Part shown: piece after piece, positions 29,725-38,599 of the stretch
Layout of the letters: every line of letters begins with the position of its first letter
How positions within the stretch are numbered: the first letter of the stretch is position 1
Virus record (IMG/VR): IMGVR_UViG_3300031419_000010
Location: 1-64,000 of that record
Length of the DNA: 64,000 bases
Origin: a virus
Direction: 5' to 3' (one strand)
Notes under the pieces: generated by a model
Databases searched by the model: none
The model's input: only the letters and a program-made list of their open reading frames with translations
What the model was told of the DNA's origin: nothing
Program-made: the position numbers and the translations under genes

Positions 29725-31278
29725 TTATTTCAGCAGAGAGCGCAGTTTTTTCTCGCTCATTTTTTCTGCTTTTTTCAGCGACGCCAGATTTTTACGAACT
29801 ACAACATCGCGAAGTTCGTCTTCGTCCATATCGTCGTAGTCTTCGTCATCGCCATCGAAATCTTCTTCGCCTTCTTCGTCTGATTCAGAAACGACAGGCG
29901 AGTATTCGCTCAGGCTTGCAATGTCGCTGTGATCGAATGCAACAACTTCTTTGCCACCTTCTTCAATAACCAGCAGATCAGAATCTTCGTCCAGACCGAT
30001 AAAGATCATTGTGTCGTCGCCGTCTGTCAGTTTCAGACCGGGAACCAGAGCGGATTTTTCAACGCCCCAAGTGTCGCACAGCATTTCGATATGCTCAGCG
30101 GTCACATCTTTATCAAGATCGCGCAGTTGAGCTTTGGACAGGGAAGCGTATTCGTATTCAGTTTCGGAATCGTCGTCGGAATCGTCGTCAGAGTCAGTTT
30201 CGGAATCGTCTTCCTCTTCTTCCTCTTCTTCCTCTTCTTCCTCTTCTTCCTCTTCTTCCTCTTCTTCCTCTTCTTCCTCTTCTTCCTCTTCTTCCTCTTC
30301 TTCCTCTTCGTCTGCTACGATTTCGTAGTGAGAGAGGCCAGCGGCTGAAACGTTGCGGAATTTTTCGCTTTCCAGATTGTACAGAACAGCTTTGTCTTTA
30401 TCTTCGACGTTCGGGCCACAGTAAACAAATTGACCGTCTTCACCTTCACGCACCAGCAGAGTTCCGGCAGTGAACATTTCAGGCTCAATGCTCAGATGTT
30501 CGCGAATCGCAGACGCCAGCTTTTTGCCAACGGTTTTGCCGACACGCGATTTGATTTTGCCAGCCAGTTCAGGACTGATTTCAAAACCGCCACTGACTTC
30601 TTCCGGCTCAGGCTGAACCAGCGCATATTTCAGATTCAGCGTTACGCGAATGTCGCCGCCTTCACGATCAAACTGAGTTGAGAAACCAACTTCGAACGCG
30701 TTATCAATTTTCGCGCCGTTCGGATCGAACTTCGCAATGTCTGAATCTTGCAGCGCTTTAACCAGACGTTCGGTTACAGCAGTTGAAAGAGTTTCGTCAA
30801 CTTCGCTCAGCAGAACAGAAGGAACTTGTTTGCCGCGACGTTTAACACCTTTCGATTCGGTATCTGCGTCAACGTCATCAGCTTTTTTACGGCGCACTTT
30901 AGAAACAGGCGCAGTGTCTTCGACCGCTTTGCGAGATTTACGAACGCCAGTTGATTTTTCAGCGGCTGGAGCTTTAGCAGCTTTTTTGCCAGCAGACTTA
31001 GAAGGCTTTTCTACGAATGCGTCAGTGCCAACTTTTTTCTGCATCGCTTTGTCGGCAAATTCAACGTAACCTTCGCCAGTGTCGTTCAGATCGCGCAGAG
31101 ACACGTTAGGAATTTCGTAATACACCGCGCCTTTTTTCGCAAGCTGTTTGCTGTTAACGCGAACAGTGCGATCAGCAACTTTATAGCCAGTTGCCATTGC
31201 GTCAGTGATTTTAGTTTTGGTGCCGTCCAGCAGAACAACAGATTTACCGATCAGTTTAGTTGAGGTTGCGATTGCCAT
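29725..31278 (-). CDS. multidomain protein with poly-Glu tract and C-terminal HeH module
   Basis: 517 aa; E33 run; C-terminal YDDMDEDELRDVVVRKNL..MSEKKLRSLL. Confidence 0.85.
   Translation of the reverse strand: MAIATSTKLIGKSVVLLDGTKTKITDAMATGYKVADRTVRVNSKQLAKKGAVYYEIPNVSLRDLNDTGEGYVEFADKAMQKKVGTDAFVEKPSKSAGKKAAKAPAAEKSTGVRKSRKAVEDTAPVSKVRRKKADDVDADTESKGVKRRGKQVPSVLLSEVDETLSTAVTERLVKALQDSDIAKFDPNGAKIDNAFEVGFSTQFDREGGDIRVTLNLKYALVQPEPEEVSGGFEISPELAGKIKSRVGKTVGKKLASAIREHLSIEPEMFTAGTLLVREGEDGQFVYCGPNVEDKDKAVLYNLESEKFRNVSAAGLSHYEIVADEEEEEEEEEEEEEEEEEEEEEEEEEEEEEEEEEDDSETDSDDDSDDDSETEYEYASLSKAQLRDLDKDVTAEHIEMLCDTWGVEKSALVPGLKLTDGDDTMIFIGLDEDSDLLVIEEGGKEVVAFDHSDIASLSEYSPVVSESDEEGEEDFDGDDEDYDDMDEDELRDVVVRKNLASLKKAEKMSEKKLRSLLK
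30211..30309. repeat. perfect 9-bp tandem repeat (TTCCTCTTC)x11 encoding 33 Glu
   Basis: Counted directly. Confidence 0.95.
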
Positions 31279-31344
31279 GATTATTTCTCCAAAGAAATAT
31301 TAGTAAGGGCTTATTAAGTTCGGCACTGCGCCGAGTGAGATTAA

Positions 31345-31401
31345 ATAGTGCTGTATATTTGCGATATTATCAATCGCAATTTTGGACACCATTTTGCAGA
31401 G
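31345..31401 (-). promoter_or_regulatory. box promoter 2
   Basis: Box 31374-31401 + TTGATA + 17 bp + CACTAT. Confidence 0.8.
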
Positions 31402-31423
31402 TTCCCGGAATCGGATACTTTGC

Positions 31424-31497
31424 AAAAAAGTGTAGGCTTCCTTGCCTACAAAAAGTTCCACGCACATTGTATTCGTTTGAGGCGTTGCCGCCCCGTC
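31424..31497 (-). ncRNA. candidate ~73-nt small RNA
   Basis: Box promoter 3, then 5' hairpin GGGGCG-GCAA-CGCCTC, a single-stranded middle, and terminator TGTAGGC-AAGGAA-GCCTACA-CTTTTTT; no plausible ORF. Confidence 0.6.
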
Positions 31498-31502
31498 CTT
31501 AA

Positions 31503-31559
31503 AGTTTAGCAAAAAGGGCCAGCGATTTCCAGCGCTATTTTGGACACCTTTTTGCAGAG
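31503..31559 (-). promoter_or_regulatory. box promoter 3
   Basis: Box 31532-31559 + TGGAAA + 17 bp + TAAACT. Confidence 0.8.
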
Positions 31560-31578
31560 TTCGAAACTTCCCGGCCTG

Positions 31579-32055
31579 TTATTCTGAGGCCATATCCATA
31601 TCGTCAGTATCGGCATGGATACGTTTCAGCATTGCGATATAAATTTCGCGGCGCTCAAGCGGCAACTGCTTATTCGTGATTGCGCCGTCATTGATAGCAT
31701 CGCGAATCAGAACATCAAGCGCCGTGTTTTTGTATGCGTCACTCAACGCGTCGTAATCTGATTGGCTATAGCTAAACTCAGTTTCGTTAGCAGGTTTAAT
31801 TTTGGTATGAGGTGAATCTGACATATTCGCGTCAGTAACTTTTTCCACTTCGTCCAAAACTTGCGGCGTGTATTCATTAAGCAGAGTTTTGAAATCATCC
31901 ATAGGCAAGCCGATATGTTTGATTGTTTCATGCGTTGCAGATTTGCCGCCATCCTCAGTGTGGCGAGAAAGTGCTTCCAAAGTTCCAGCAAGTGCCAGCG
32001 CCAGCAATTTGATTTGAGTGTCTTTGCAAGTTTCGGTGAACTTCATTGTAGTCAT
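31579..32055 (-). CDS. hypothetical protein
   Basis: 158 aa, directly after box promoter 4. Confidence 0.75.
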   Translation of the reverse strand: MTTMKFTETCKDTQIKLLALALAGTLEALSRHTEDGGKSATHETIKHIGLPMDDFKTLLNEYTPQVLDEVEKVTDANMSDSPHTKIKPANETEFSYSQSDYDALSDAYKNTALDVLIRDAINDGAITNKQLPLERREIYIAMLKRIHADTDDMDMASE

Positions 32056-32079
32056 CCTGTTTTGTTTGGGTGAGCTTTA

Positions 32080-32136
32080 ATAGTGATAGAAACCGCCGGG
32101 AATATCCAGCGGTATTTTGGACAATGTTTTGCAGAG
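32080..32136 (-). promoter_or_regulatory. box promoter 4
   Basis: Box 32109-32136 + TGGATA + 17 bp + CACTAT. Confidence 0.8.
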
Positions 32137-32159
32137 TTATTCTGCTATGGTTTAAATAA

Positions 32160-32522
32160 TCAGATCAGTTTATCAAGTTCAGCGTCACGTTCGATTTGAC
32201 GTTCACGTTCACCGCGCATACGCAGCCAGACAAATAATCCCCACAGCGGATAAGTGAACGGAAGCGGTAGAACAATCAAAAACCAAAACGGCAACACTGC
32301 GATAAAAACAAGCAGCGATCTAATCGACATGCTCCAGCTTAATTCAAACAGCTTTTGCCAAAGCGCTTTATAGCAAGTTGGAATTGCGTCGCAAACTAAC
32401 GCAACACAATCTAAATAGTTTGGCTTGTAAGATCCTGCGCGAACCGTTCCATAAGGATTGTGGAAAAACTGATAGATTGTTGCGCGGCGTTGAATTTCTT
32501 CAATCGTGTTTTCGTTTTTCAT
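32160..32522 (-). CDS. membrane protein
   Basis: Long hydrophobic stretch LLVFIAVLPFWFLIVLPLPFTYPLWGLFVW. Confidence 0.7.
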   Translation of the reverse strand: MKNENTIEEIQRRATIYQFFHNPYGTVRAGSYKPNYLDCVALVCDAIPTCYKALWQKLFELSWSMSIRSLLVFIAVLPFWFLIVLPLPFTYPLWGLFVWLRMRGERERQIERDAELDKLI

Positions 32523-33163
32523 TTGAAACCACCTGTATCACGCATATGGTTAACAACAGCAGCGCGGAGTTGTGAAAGATTAAGAGAAGTTGGCGACAAT
32601 TTCGGAATATTGATCATCACATATTCTTCCAGTTCTTCCAACGCCCACGCATGAGGATTGTTTGCGTAAGCCAACGTAACATGCTCAATGCAAAGCAGGA
32701 TCATTTTATCACGATCCACTGTGCTATCAGGAGCAACAAGTTTATTCGCCAAACAATAAGCATCCAGTTTGCTTGTGCTCCACGTCGCAGGATTACGTTC
32801 ATCAAATGGCGCTGTTGTTCCGGTTTCGGCCAGGCGAACAATTTCTTCGTCGGACAGATTCAGGTCATCCAGAACACGGCTCAAACTTAAACGAGGCCAA
32901 TTTTTGGTTGCTTTGGTTTGCAGAAATGCAAAGCTAGAATGATCGGGCTGAAATACAATATAACCACGCTGGCGCATTTCGTGCATAAATTCCAGCAGCG
33001 CATTGGGAGCAATAAATCCATCAGCGTAACCGAACGCCTCAGAAACATTTTTAACACTAATGAGGTGGCGAGATAAAGAATCTCTGCCTTTGGCTTCTTT
33101 AGCGTAACGTTCAAGATTCATAACGATGAGAGAAGCAACGGCAGCAGCAGAACGAATTTTCAT
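32519..33163 (-). CDS. hypothetical protein with two C-terminal HeH-like repeats
   Basis: NPATWSTSKLDAY.. and NPHAWALEELEEY..; start trimmed to MKIRS (GGAG RBS). Confidence 0.75.
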   Translation of the reverse strand: MKIRSAAAVASLIVMNLERYAKEAKGRDSLSRHLISVKNVSEAFGYADGFIAPNALLEFMHEMRQRGYIVFQPDHSSFAFLQTKATKNWPRLSLSRVLDDLNLSDEEIVRLAETGTTAPFDERNPATWSTSKLDAYCLANKLVAPDSTVDRDKMILLCIEHVTLAYANNPHAWALEELEEYVMINIPKLSPTSLNLSQLRAAVVNHMRDTGGFK

Positions 33164-33182
33164 AAAAATATCTCCGGAATGT

Positions 33183-33211
33183 AAAATGGGCGACCCGATT
33201 AAGGCCACCCA
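33183..33211 (-). terminator. intrinsic terminator
   Basis: TGGGTGGCC..GGTCGCCCA-TTTT. Confidence 0.65.
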
Positions 33212-33247
33212 ACTTTAAGCGTTAAATAACAGTTTCGAACTTAGCGA

Positions 33248-33895
33248 TTACTTTTCGTTTTCGCCTTCTTCTTCCTCTGCGTATTCTTCGCCTTCTTCGC
33301 TTTCTTCATCAATGCCGTCGATCTCTTCTTCCTCTTCCTCAGAGAAAGTTGGCATTAACTGTTCAGACGACCAATCCAGATGATACTGCGCATCTACGCC
33401 GTTACGCTCTTTGATGATATTGAAGCGGAACACTTCTGTTTCATCTTTTGGCAGGCGATTGAAAACCCAAAACGGATAATCATGCTCCACCATAACCCAC
33501 GAACCAAACCGCTCAGTAAGATCGATTGATTCACCCATCGTCTGATTAATTAGATCAAAGATGCGAGAGCGGCGCGTGTTTTTCATTCCCATCAAAGCAA
33601 GTTCGACTTGCTTACGATTGATTTTGATCACAGGCGTTTGCGCTATCGGGTTATTTGCTTCTTCCTGCGCTTTGAACGTTTCGAGAATCATTTCAACCAA
33701 GTTGAAAATACGATCCTCATCGCGGAGTTTAGGAACCGTGTCAGTTTTTGCCACAGTACCAACCGGACGAACAGAAGCGGGGCCACGCGATTGCTTACGC
33801 TTTTTGTCTTTACGCTTAGCAGCAGAAATCGCGTCAAGTTCACGCTGAACAGATTTAGGAGGCGTGGTCTTAGTTGGCTTTTTAGAAGTAGTCAT
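33248..33895 (-). CDS. hypothetical protein (basic N-tail, acidic C-tail); paralog of 35381..36226
   Basis: FGSWVMVEHDYPFWVFNRLP. Confidence 0.75.
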   Translation of the reverse strand: MTTSKKPTKTTPPKSVQRELDAISAAKRKDKKRKQSRGPASVRPVGTVAKTDTVPKLRDEDRIFNLVEMILETFKAQEEANNPIAQTPVIKINRKQVELALMGMKNTRRSRIFDLINQTMGESIDLTERFGSWVMVEHDYPFWVFNRLPKDETEVFRFNIIKERNGVDAQYHLDWSSEQLMPTFSEEEEEEIDGIDEESEEGEEYAEEEEGENEK

Positions 33896-33993
33896 TTGTT
33901 GTTTCCTTTGTGGGATTTAAGATGAAAGCGCATAAGGTGAAAACCCCGTAAATCCGTATACGCTTGTTTAGGGCAGAGCGCCCTAGAGACTTA

Positions 33994-34050
33994 ATATTGC
34001 AAAATCTAGCGGCTAAAAACAACCGCTATTTTGGACACTGTTTTGCAGAG
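33994..34050 (-). promoter_or_regulatory. box promoter 5
   Basis: Box 34023-34050 + TTGTTT + 17 bp + CAATAT. Confidence 0.8.
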
Positions 34051-34051
34051 G

Positions 34052-34417
34052 TTATTCGCCGGATTCCTCTTCAATGTTCACGATAGAGATTTGCTTGTCG
34101 TCCAGCAGCACAGCTACGCTACCACTCATCAGGTCTTTGGCCTTATTCGCAAAGTCCGGATCGGCTTTTTCCAGAACATAGGTCACATCGCTGGTGCGGC
34201 CCAAACGCGCAAAGTCTTCAACGTCATGCGCAACATGAGCGCGGTAAATATACACGTTGCGGATCTTGTCACTGGCAACGATTGGTTCCCAAATCAGCGG
34301 AGGGCAAAACAGAATGTTCAGAAACTGCTTTGACTGTTCTTCGGTTCGCGCAAGTTCGCGATTCAAAGTTAACGTGTTCAGTTGGCTTGTACCAAAATGG
34401 AATTTAATCTCTTTCAT
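34052..34417 (-). CDS. hypothetical protein
   Basis: 121 aa, AGGAG RBS. Confidence 0.75.
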   Translation of the reverse strand: MKEIKFHFGTSQLNTLTLNRELARTEEQSKQFLNILFCPPLIWEPIVASDKIRNVYIYRAHVAHDVEDFARLGRTSDVTYVLEKADPDFANKAKDLMSGSVAVLLDDKQISIVNIEEESGE

Positions 34418-34444
34418 AACATTTACTCCTTGTCGGTTGATGAG

Positions 34445-34566
34445 AACTTTTTATATCGCCTCGCAAAGAAATATAAAAAGTTGGCCTAATAACGATTCAC
34501 GTTCCTTCGCAAAACTAATTATTAGGCCATGAGCAAATTGCCCTAAACGCACAAATCAAATTTGTT
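34445..34566 (-). other. three consecutive stem-loops (structured intergenic RNA element)
   Basis: Inverted repeats 34445-56/34471-82 (12 bp perfect), 34482-92/34519-29 (11 bp perfect), and 34532-39/34559-66. Confidence 0.6.
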
Positions 34567-35368
34567 ACTCGTCGTCTTCCTCTTCTTCCTCTTCCTCTTC
34601 GCGGTTAAAAGGAAGGTTGACTGTCTCTTCGATTGCGTCACCGTCAAATTCTTCGGTGAAGGTTTCTGCTTCACTTTCGAAATCAAAATCAGGCTCGTCA
34701 TCATCGAACGACAAAGATTCATCAACGCGCTTTTTATTTTCCATGTAGAAAATCGCGTCACTTGCCATGTTGGTTAACGTGGCATCGTTTTTCATATCAA
34801 GTTCAGCTTCGATAAAGCGCTGTTCCCACGTACGGCGCGGAACTTCCATAATCTGATCCGCATGGTCTTCTACTTCTTCGCCGCCCTGAATAGGCAGGCC
34901 AAGAAACTTAACCAGCGCACGGACGGAACTAAGTTCCACGTCGCAGATCATTTCATACAGCGATTGCTTTTCGATTTCGTCGCGCTGCTCAAGCAGGAAG
35001 TTTTCCAGCTTCGTGCTGTCCTGAATTTCAACTTTAGTTACTGCGCGGTTGTCCGGTTTGACTACGCAACGCAGAGCGATGAGCGGAACTTCTGCAAAGG
35101 ATTTGCCGATGTTCATCAAAATACACATATCAACAAAGCGCTCAGATTCGTGAACGGCATCACCTTGCACAACACAGCGCATCACAGCACGATCAAAAAT
35201 CTCTTCGCCATTAGAGCAAGTGATTTTGATTGGCAGTGCATCGCCATACATTTTCGCAACGGCCTGAGAAAGCAAAAGCCCCGGCACATGCGCAGCAAGA
35301 AGTTTGCCGTCGCGCAGGAAAGAAAACGTGATACCACCAAAGCCAGTTTTACGTTGTACGGTTAACAT
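34565..35368 (-). CDS. hypothetical protein with HeH-like module and acidic C-tail
   Basis: VELSSVRALVKFLGL..; poly-E end. Confidence 0.75.
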   Translation of the reverse strand: MLTVQRKTGFGGITFSFLRDGKLLAAHVPGLLLSQAVAKMYGDALPIKITCSNGEEIFDRAVMRCVVQGDAVHESERFVDMCILMNIGKSFAEVPLIALRCVVKPDNRAVTKVEIQDSTKLENFLLEQRDEIEKQSLYEMICDVELSSVRALVKFLGLPIQGGEEVEDHADQIMEVPRRTWEQRFIEAELDMKNDATLTNMASDAIFYMENKKRVDESLSFDDDEPDFDFESEAETFTEEFDGDAIEETVNLPFNREEEEEEEEDDE

Positions 35369-35380
35369 GATTATCTCCAA

Positions 35381-36226
35381 TTATTTAGACTGATTGATTA
35401 GGAATTCAAGCAAAGCTGCATCGGCATTGTTTCGAGCTTTCAAAGTTATGCCCATGTTTTCTGCCGCATCGACAACCGTTGGAAAATCCAGATACTCCAA
35501 GATCTCGTTTACGGCGTTTTGAACAGGGGCATCAACTTCACCAATGTTCAGAGTTTCAGCAAGTTCTTTAAGCGTGTCTATCGGCAACGAAAGCAGCAAG
35601 AATTTTAATTGCTGATATGTGCCAGAGGCTTCACGTCTTTCTTCCGGTGAAAGTTTTTCCGCTTTTACGCGGCGGCGCTTGTTGTCTAACAACGTTGCAG
35701 GCGCACGTTCTACAGCTTCATGCTGAACTTCTTCTTCCACTTGCTTTTTACTTTCTGTAGGTTTAACCACTTCCTTTTTATTCTTCGGTGGCGTTTCTTT
35801 TGCCTTCACAGGTTTTGCTACAATCGGTGCAGGCTTTTCTGTTTCACCAAAAGACTCGTCTCCGAGTTCAATCAAATTTCCCTTATACCCTTTTTCAGAA
35901 AAAGTAATTCCTACGATACTTGTTGCGCTATGAGGCAACTCAATCAAAGTAAAATCTGGAGCGTCGTGTTTTACCAGCGCCCAATCGCCGTGTATTGCGC
36001 GAAAGTTAAAATCGGCAAGAACGTTCTCAACTAACTTTGGCAGTTTGCGACGTGAAGTGTTTTCAATACTGCGGTGAAGATCAACAACAGAGATACGAAT
36101 AAAGTTGTCGTTAAACAACTCACCCTTTTCGTAAAGTCTACGGCGAGTCACTTCGTTTTCTTCGAAGATGCTTACCAGTGCTGAACGTACCGCTTCAAAA
36201 TCACTCTGACTATTTTCAGCAGACAT
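35381..36226 (-). CDS. hypothetical protein with C-terminal HeH-like modules; paralog of 33248..33895
   Basis: HGDWALVKHDAPDFTLIELP; LPIDTLKELAETLNI. Confidence 0.75.
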   Translation of the reverse strand: MSAENSQSDFEAVRSALVSIFEENEVTRRRLYEKGELFNDNFIRISVVDLHRSIENTSRRKLPKLVENVLADFNFRAIHGDWALVKHDAPDFTLIELPHSATSIVGITFSEKGYKGNLIELGDESFGETEKPAPIVAKPVKAKETPPKNKKEVVKPTESKKQVEEEVQHEAVERAPATLLDNKRRRVKAEKLSPEERREASGTYQQLKFLLLSLPIDTLKELAETLNIGEVDAPVQNAVNEILEYLDFPTVVDAAENMGITLKARNNADAALLEFLINQSK

Positions 36227-36228
36227 AA

Positions 36229-36639
36229 TTAGGATTCCATTATTTCAAGAAACGAAAGTACAGGACTTTCAGGAATGAAAACTAACGTCGGGCCAGTTGG
36301 CAGATCCTTTTTCAAGGTGACGTGAGTCTTTAAAAAATTGGTTCCATCTGCAACCATCCAGCCGCCATAGAAGTTATGGAACTTTGGATAGGCCAGCAGT
36401 TCGACGATAGTTCCGATCACCTCAAGATACGAATACTCTTGAATGGTGTGCGCACCGAAAGGATGATCATCAGGCAACTGCGATTGATAGCCATGAATTT
36501 GCTCAAGCGGAACACTGAAAGCAATAGTGCCACGATCCTGCATAAAATGATCGACGCGTCCAAAAATATCATCAAGCGCCAACGCACACACTGCTTTGCA
36601 CACATTCTGATTTTGTTTGTTGCCGTTAAAAATCTGCAT
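36229..36639 (-). CDS. hypothetical protein
   Basis: 136 aa, AGGA RBS. Confidence 0.7.
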   Translation of the reverse strand: MQIFNGNKQNQNVCKAVCALALDDIFGRVDHFMQDRGTIAFSVPLEQIHGYQSQLPDDHPFGAHTIQEYSYLEVIGTIVELLAYPKFHNFYGGWMVADGTNFLKTHVTLKKDLPTGPTLVFIPESPVLSFLEIMES

Positions 36640-36648
36640 AAGGATTCC

Positions 36649-36831
36649 TTAGTGCGAAGTTTGTTTAACACGGTAACGAACAACCGTGCGCGATGTTGTT
36701 TCAATAACTGACTTAGAAAAATCAATGCCACGCATACGTGCAGCAAACTCGAAATCGTTTAAATCAATTCCCGTAGGAAACACAACCTTGCCAGCGGTCT
36801 GCAACTCAGCAAGTTTTTGTGCAATGCTCAT
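36649..36831 (-). CDS. small hypothetical protein
   Basis: Start trimmed to MSIAQ. Confidence 0.6.
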   Translation of the reverse strand: MSIAQKLAELQTAGKVVFPTGIDLNDFEFAARMRGIDFSKSVIETTSRTVVRYRVKQTSH

Positions 36832-37438
36832 TAACGTATGCCTTCTTAAACTTTGGGTTGAAGACGTGCCAAGCAAACTTGCGCACATAATAAAGAACAG
36901 AATGCGAAGCGCTGAACACATCAACACGGAAACTTTCTGGAGCCATGTTATATTTAACTTTGCCCCAAACGATAGCGCTCACAATGTCTTCCAACATCAG
37001 TTCAGTTGTGAACATCGGAAGAATGGAACGCTCTAAAAAGATTCGCGCCGGACGAGAAATGCCAGAAAGAATGTTTTCACCGTCATGCGTTAAACGAATT
37101 GCATCAGCGAAATTAAACTCACCCGGTACGAAAAAGGGAATCCACTTTCCGGTCATTGAGATTTTGAAAGGGGAAATAATTGTTTTCAGGAAACTGTCAC
37201 TGTTGCGCAGATACTGACGCAAGAAATGCAGGCGCATGTTCTGTTCATCAATTCCCTGATAACCGTCAATCTCAACCGGAACTTTTACCATTGTCCACTT
37301 GTGCGAAAACAGATCCATATTCGAAGAGTAACCTTTCGAAATACGGAAATCTTTGCAGGTGCCTAACGCGACTTTCAGAACTTCGGATTGCAGAGCGATC
37401 AGGTTATTCAGGTCAACGGCGGTTTTGATAGCGAACAT
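36806..37438 (-). CDS. hypothetical protein, paralog family A
   Basis: DLNNLIALQSEVLK..WIPFFVP. Confidence 0.75.
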   Translation of the reverse strand: MFAIKTAVDLNNLIALQSEVLKVALGTCKDFRISKGYSSNMDLFSHKWTMVKVPVEIDGYQGIDEQNMRLHFLRQYLRNSDSFLKTIISPFKISMTGKWIPFFVPGEFNFADAIRLTHDGENILSGISRPARIFLERSILPMFTTELMLEDIVSAIVWGKVKYNMAPESFRVDVFSASHSVLYYVRKFAWHVFNPKFKKAYVNEHCTKTC

Positions 37439-37493
37439 ATAGAACTCCTTTGCAGTCTATATTTGGGTTAAGTTGGATACTGCCTTCCTGTTT

Positions 37494-37550
37494 AGTTTAC
37501 CGAAAAGCAGTACCGAAAACCAGCGGTATTTTGGACACTTATTTGCAGAG
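37494..37550 (-). promoter_or_regulatory. box promoter 6
   Basis: Box 37523-37550 + TGGTTT + 17 bp + TAAACT. Confidence 0.8.
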
Positions 37551-38153
37551 ATCGACCAGCTCCACAGTATAGAATCCGTCAACAGGTTCGTTTCTGCCGT
37601 CCTTGAATCGGGCAAAGAAAGGCAGCAGCTTGATTTCTTTGTTTAGCTGTTTTGCCAGCGCATCGGTAAACAACTTTTTACGTGCCAGCAGTTTTTGATA
37701 CGCAACTTCGTCGCCTTTCTCTTTGAAGTTGTGCAGACCGCGCTCCAGATTTTCCATGTGATTTGTGAAAAGCGAATACTCTAAATATTCGTCTGCGTTA
37801 GTCAGTGCTTCACAGTCACCGCCAAACTTTTCATAGAGCGCAGTAAAGAAACTGATTTTGCGATCAGCGCTATCGTCCATCTGACCGTAACTTGCTTTCG
37901 GATATTGATTGTGCGCCTGAACACCATCACATTCGAAAATAAAACCATCGTACTTTTTATCGTTCTCGTCGCCGTAATCACACGCAACTTTGTGGTGCTC
38001 TTTGCAAACGGCTTCGATAAATTTCACATCCACAATATCGACCGAAAGATCCGTTGTTGGATAAGAATGTGCTTTTTCGAGCGGAGTATTGCGGCCTTCA
38101 AATTTAAACTGAAAAGCAAAGAACACATATTTTTTGTCGAGTTCAAAACGCAT
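37539..38153 (-). CDS. hypothetical protein
   Basis: 204 aa; stop codon lies inside box 6. Confidence 0.75.
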   Translation of the reverse strand: MRFELDKKYVFFAFQFKFEGRNTPLEKAHSYPTTDLSVDIVDVKFIEAVCKEHHKVACDYGDENDKKYDGFIFECDGVQAHNQYPKASYGQMDDSADRKISFFTALYEKFGGDCEALTNADEYLEYSLFTNHMENLERGLHNFKEKGDEVAYQKLLARKKLFTDALAKQLNKEIKLLPFFARFKDGRNEPVDGFYTVELVDLCK

Positions 38154-38168
38154 GATAAAGTTTCCTGT

Positions 38169-38191
38169 AAGAGAAGCGCCCCGAAAGGCGC
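38169..38191 (-). terminator. UUCG-loop terminator
   Basis: GCGCCT-TTCG-GGGCGC-TTCTCTT. Confidence 0.7.
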
Positions 38192-38197
38192 ATAAGA

Positions 38198-38599
38198 TTA
38201 TTTAGTCCAGTTGTAGTTTTGCAGTGCTGCGCGAATAACGCGGCTGCGAATGTCTGCCTGCGCTTTGCGTCCGTACGCTTTCCACAGCGAAGGCTTAACG
38301 GTTGTGTAATCCGTCATGCCGTCATTGAACAGTTGCATGTTTTCCTGCGCCTGACGAACCACCACAGCAACCAGACGCTTGATTGATTTGTTCAGCGTGG
38401 CTTTGATTTTCAGATTGCCTTTGTCGCTGGTACGAACCACAACACGCAAAAGCTGTTCGCTGCTTACAGGCAGAACAACCGGATAATCTTTCTCTTTCAA
38501 AGTCAGTTTAACTTTGGTTGTTTCCACGGACTGAGAAATATTCATCAAGCCGGTAATTGAGCGTTGCAGAAGAACATCATAAACAGATTTCTTACTCAT
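38198..38599 (-). CDS. hypothetical basic protein
   Basis: 133 aa. Confidence 0.7.
   Translation of the reverse strand: MSKKSVYDVLLQRSITGLMNISQSVETTKVKLTLKEKDYPVVLPVSSEQLLRVVVRTSDKGNLKIKATLNKSIKRLVAVVVRQAQENMQLFNDGMTDYTTVKPSLWKAYGRKAQADIRSRVIRAALQNYNWTK

Noticed and set aside
20510-30473. Long plus-strand ORFs (poly-Ser, poly-Phe/Leu, LLPLLP repeats)
   Set aside because: Antisense shadows of D/E- and K/A-rich minus-strand genes; no RBS or promoter support.
31300-31512. 70-aa ORF
   Set aside because: TTG start lies inside promoter 3, and the ORF crosses a terminator and promoter 2; better explained as a regulatory and sRNA region.
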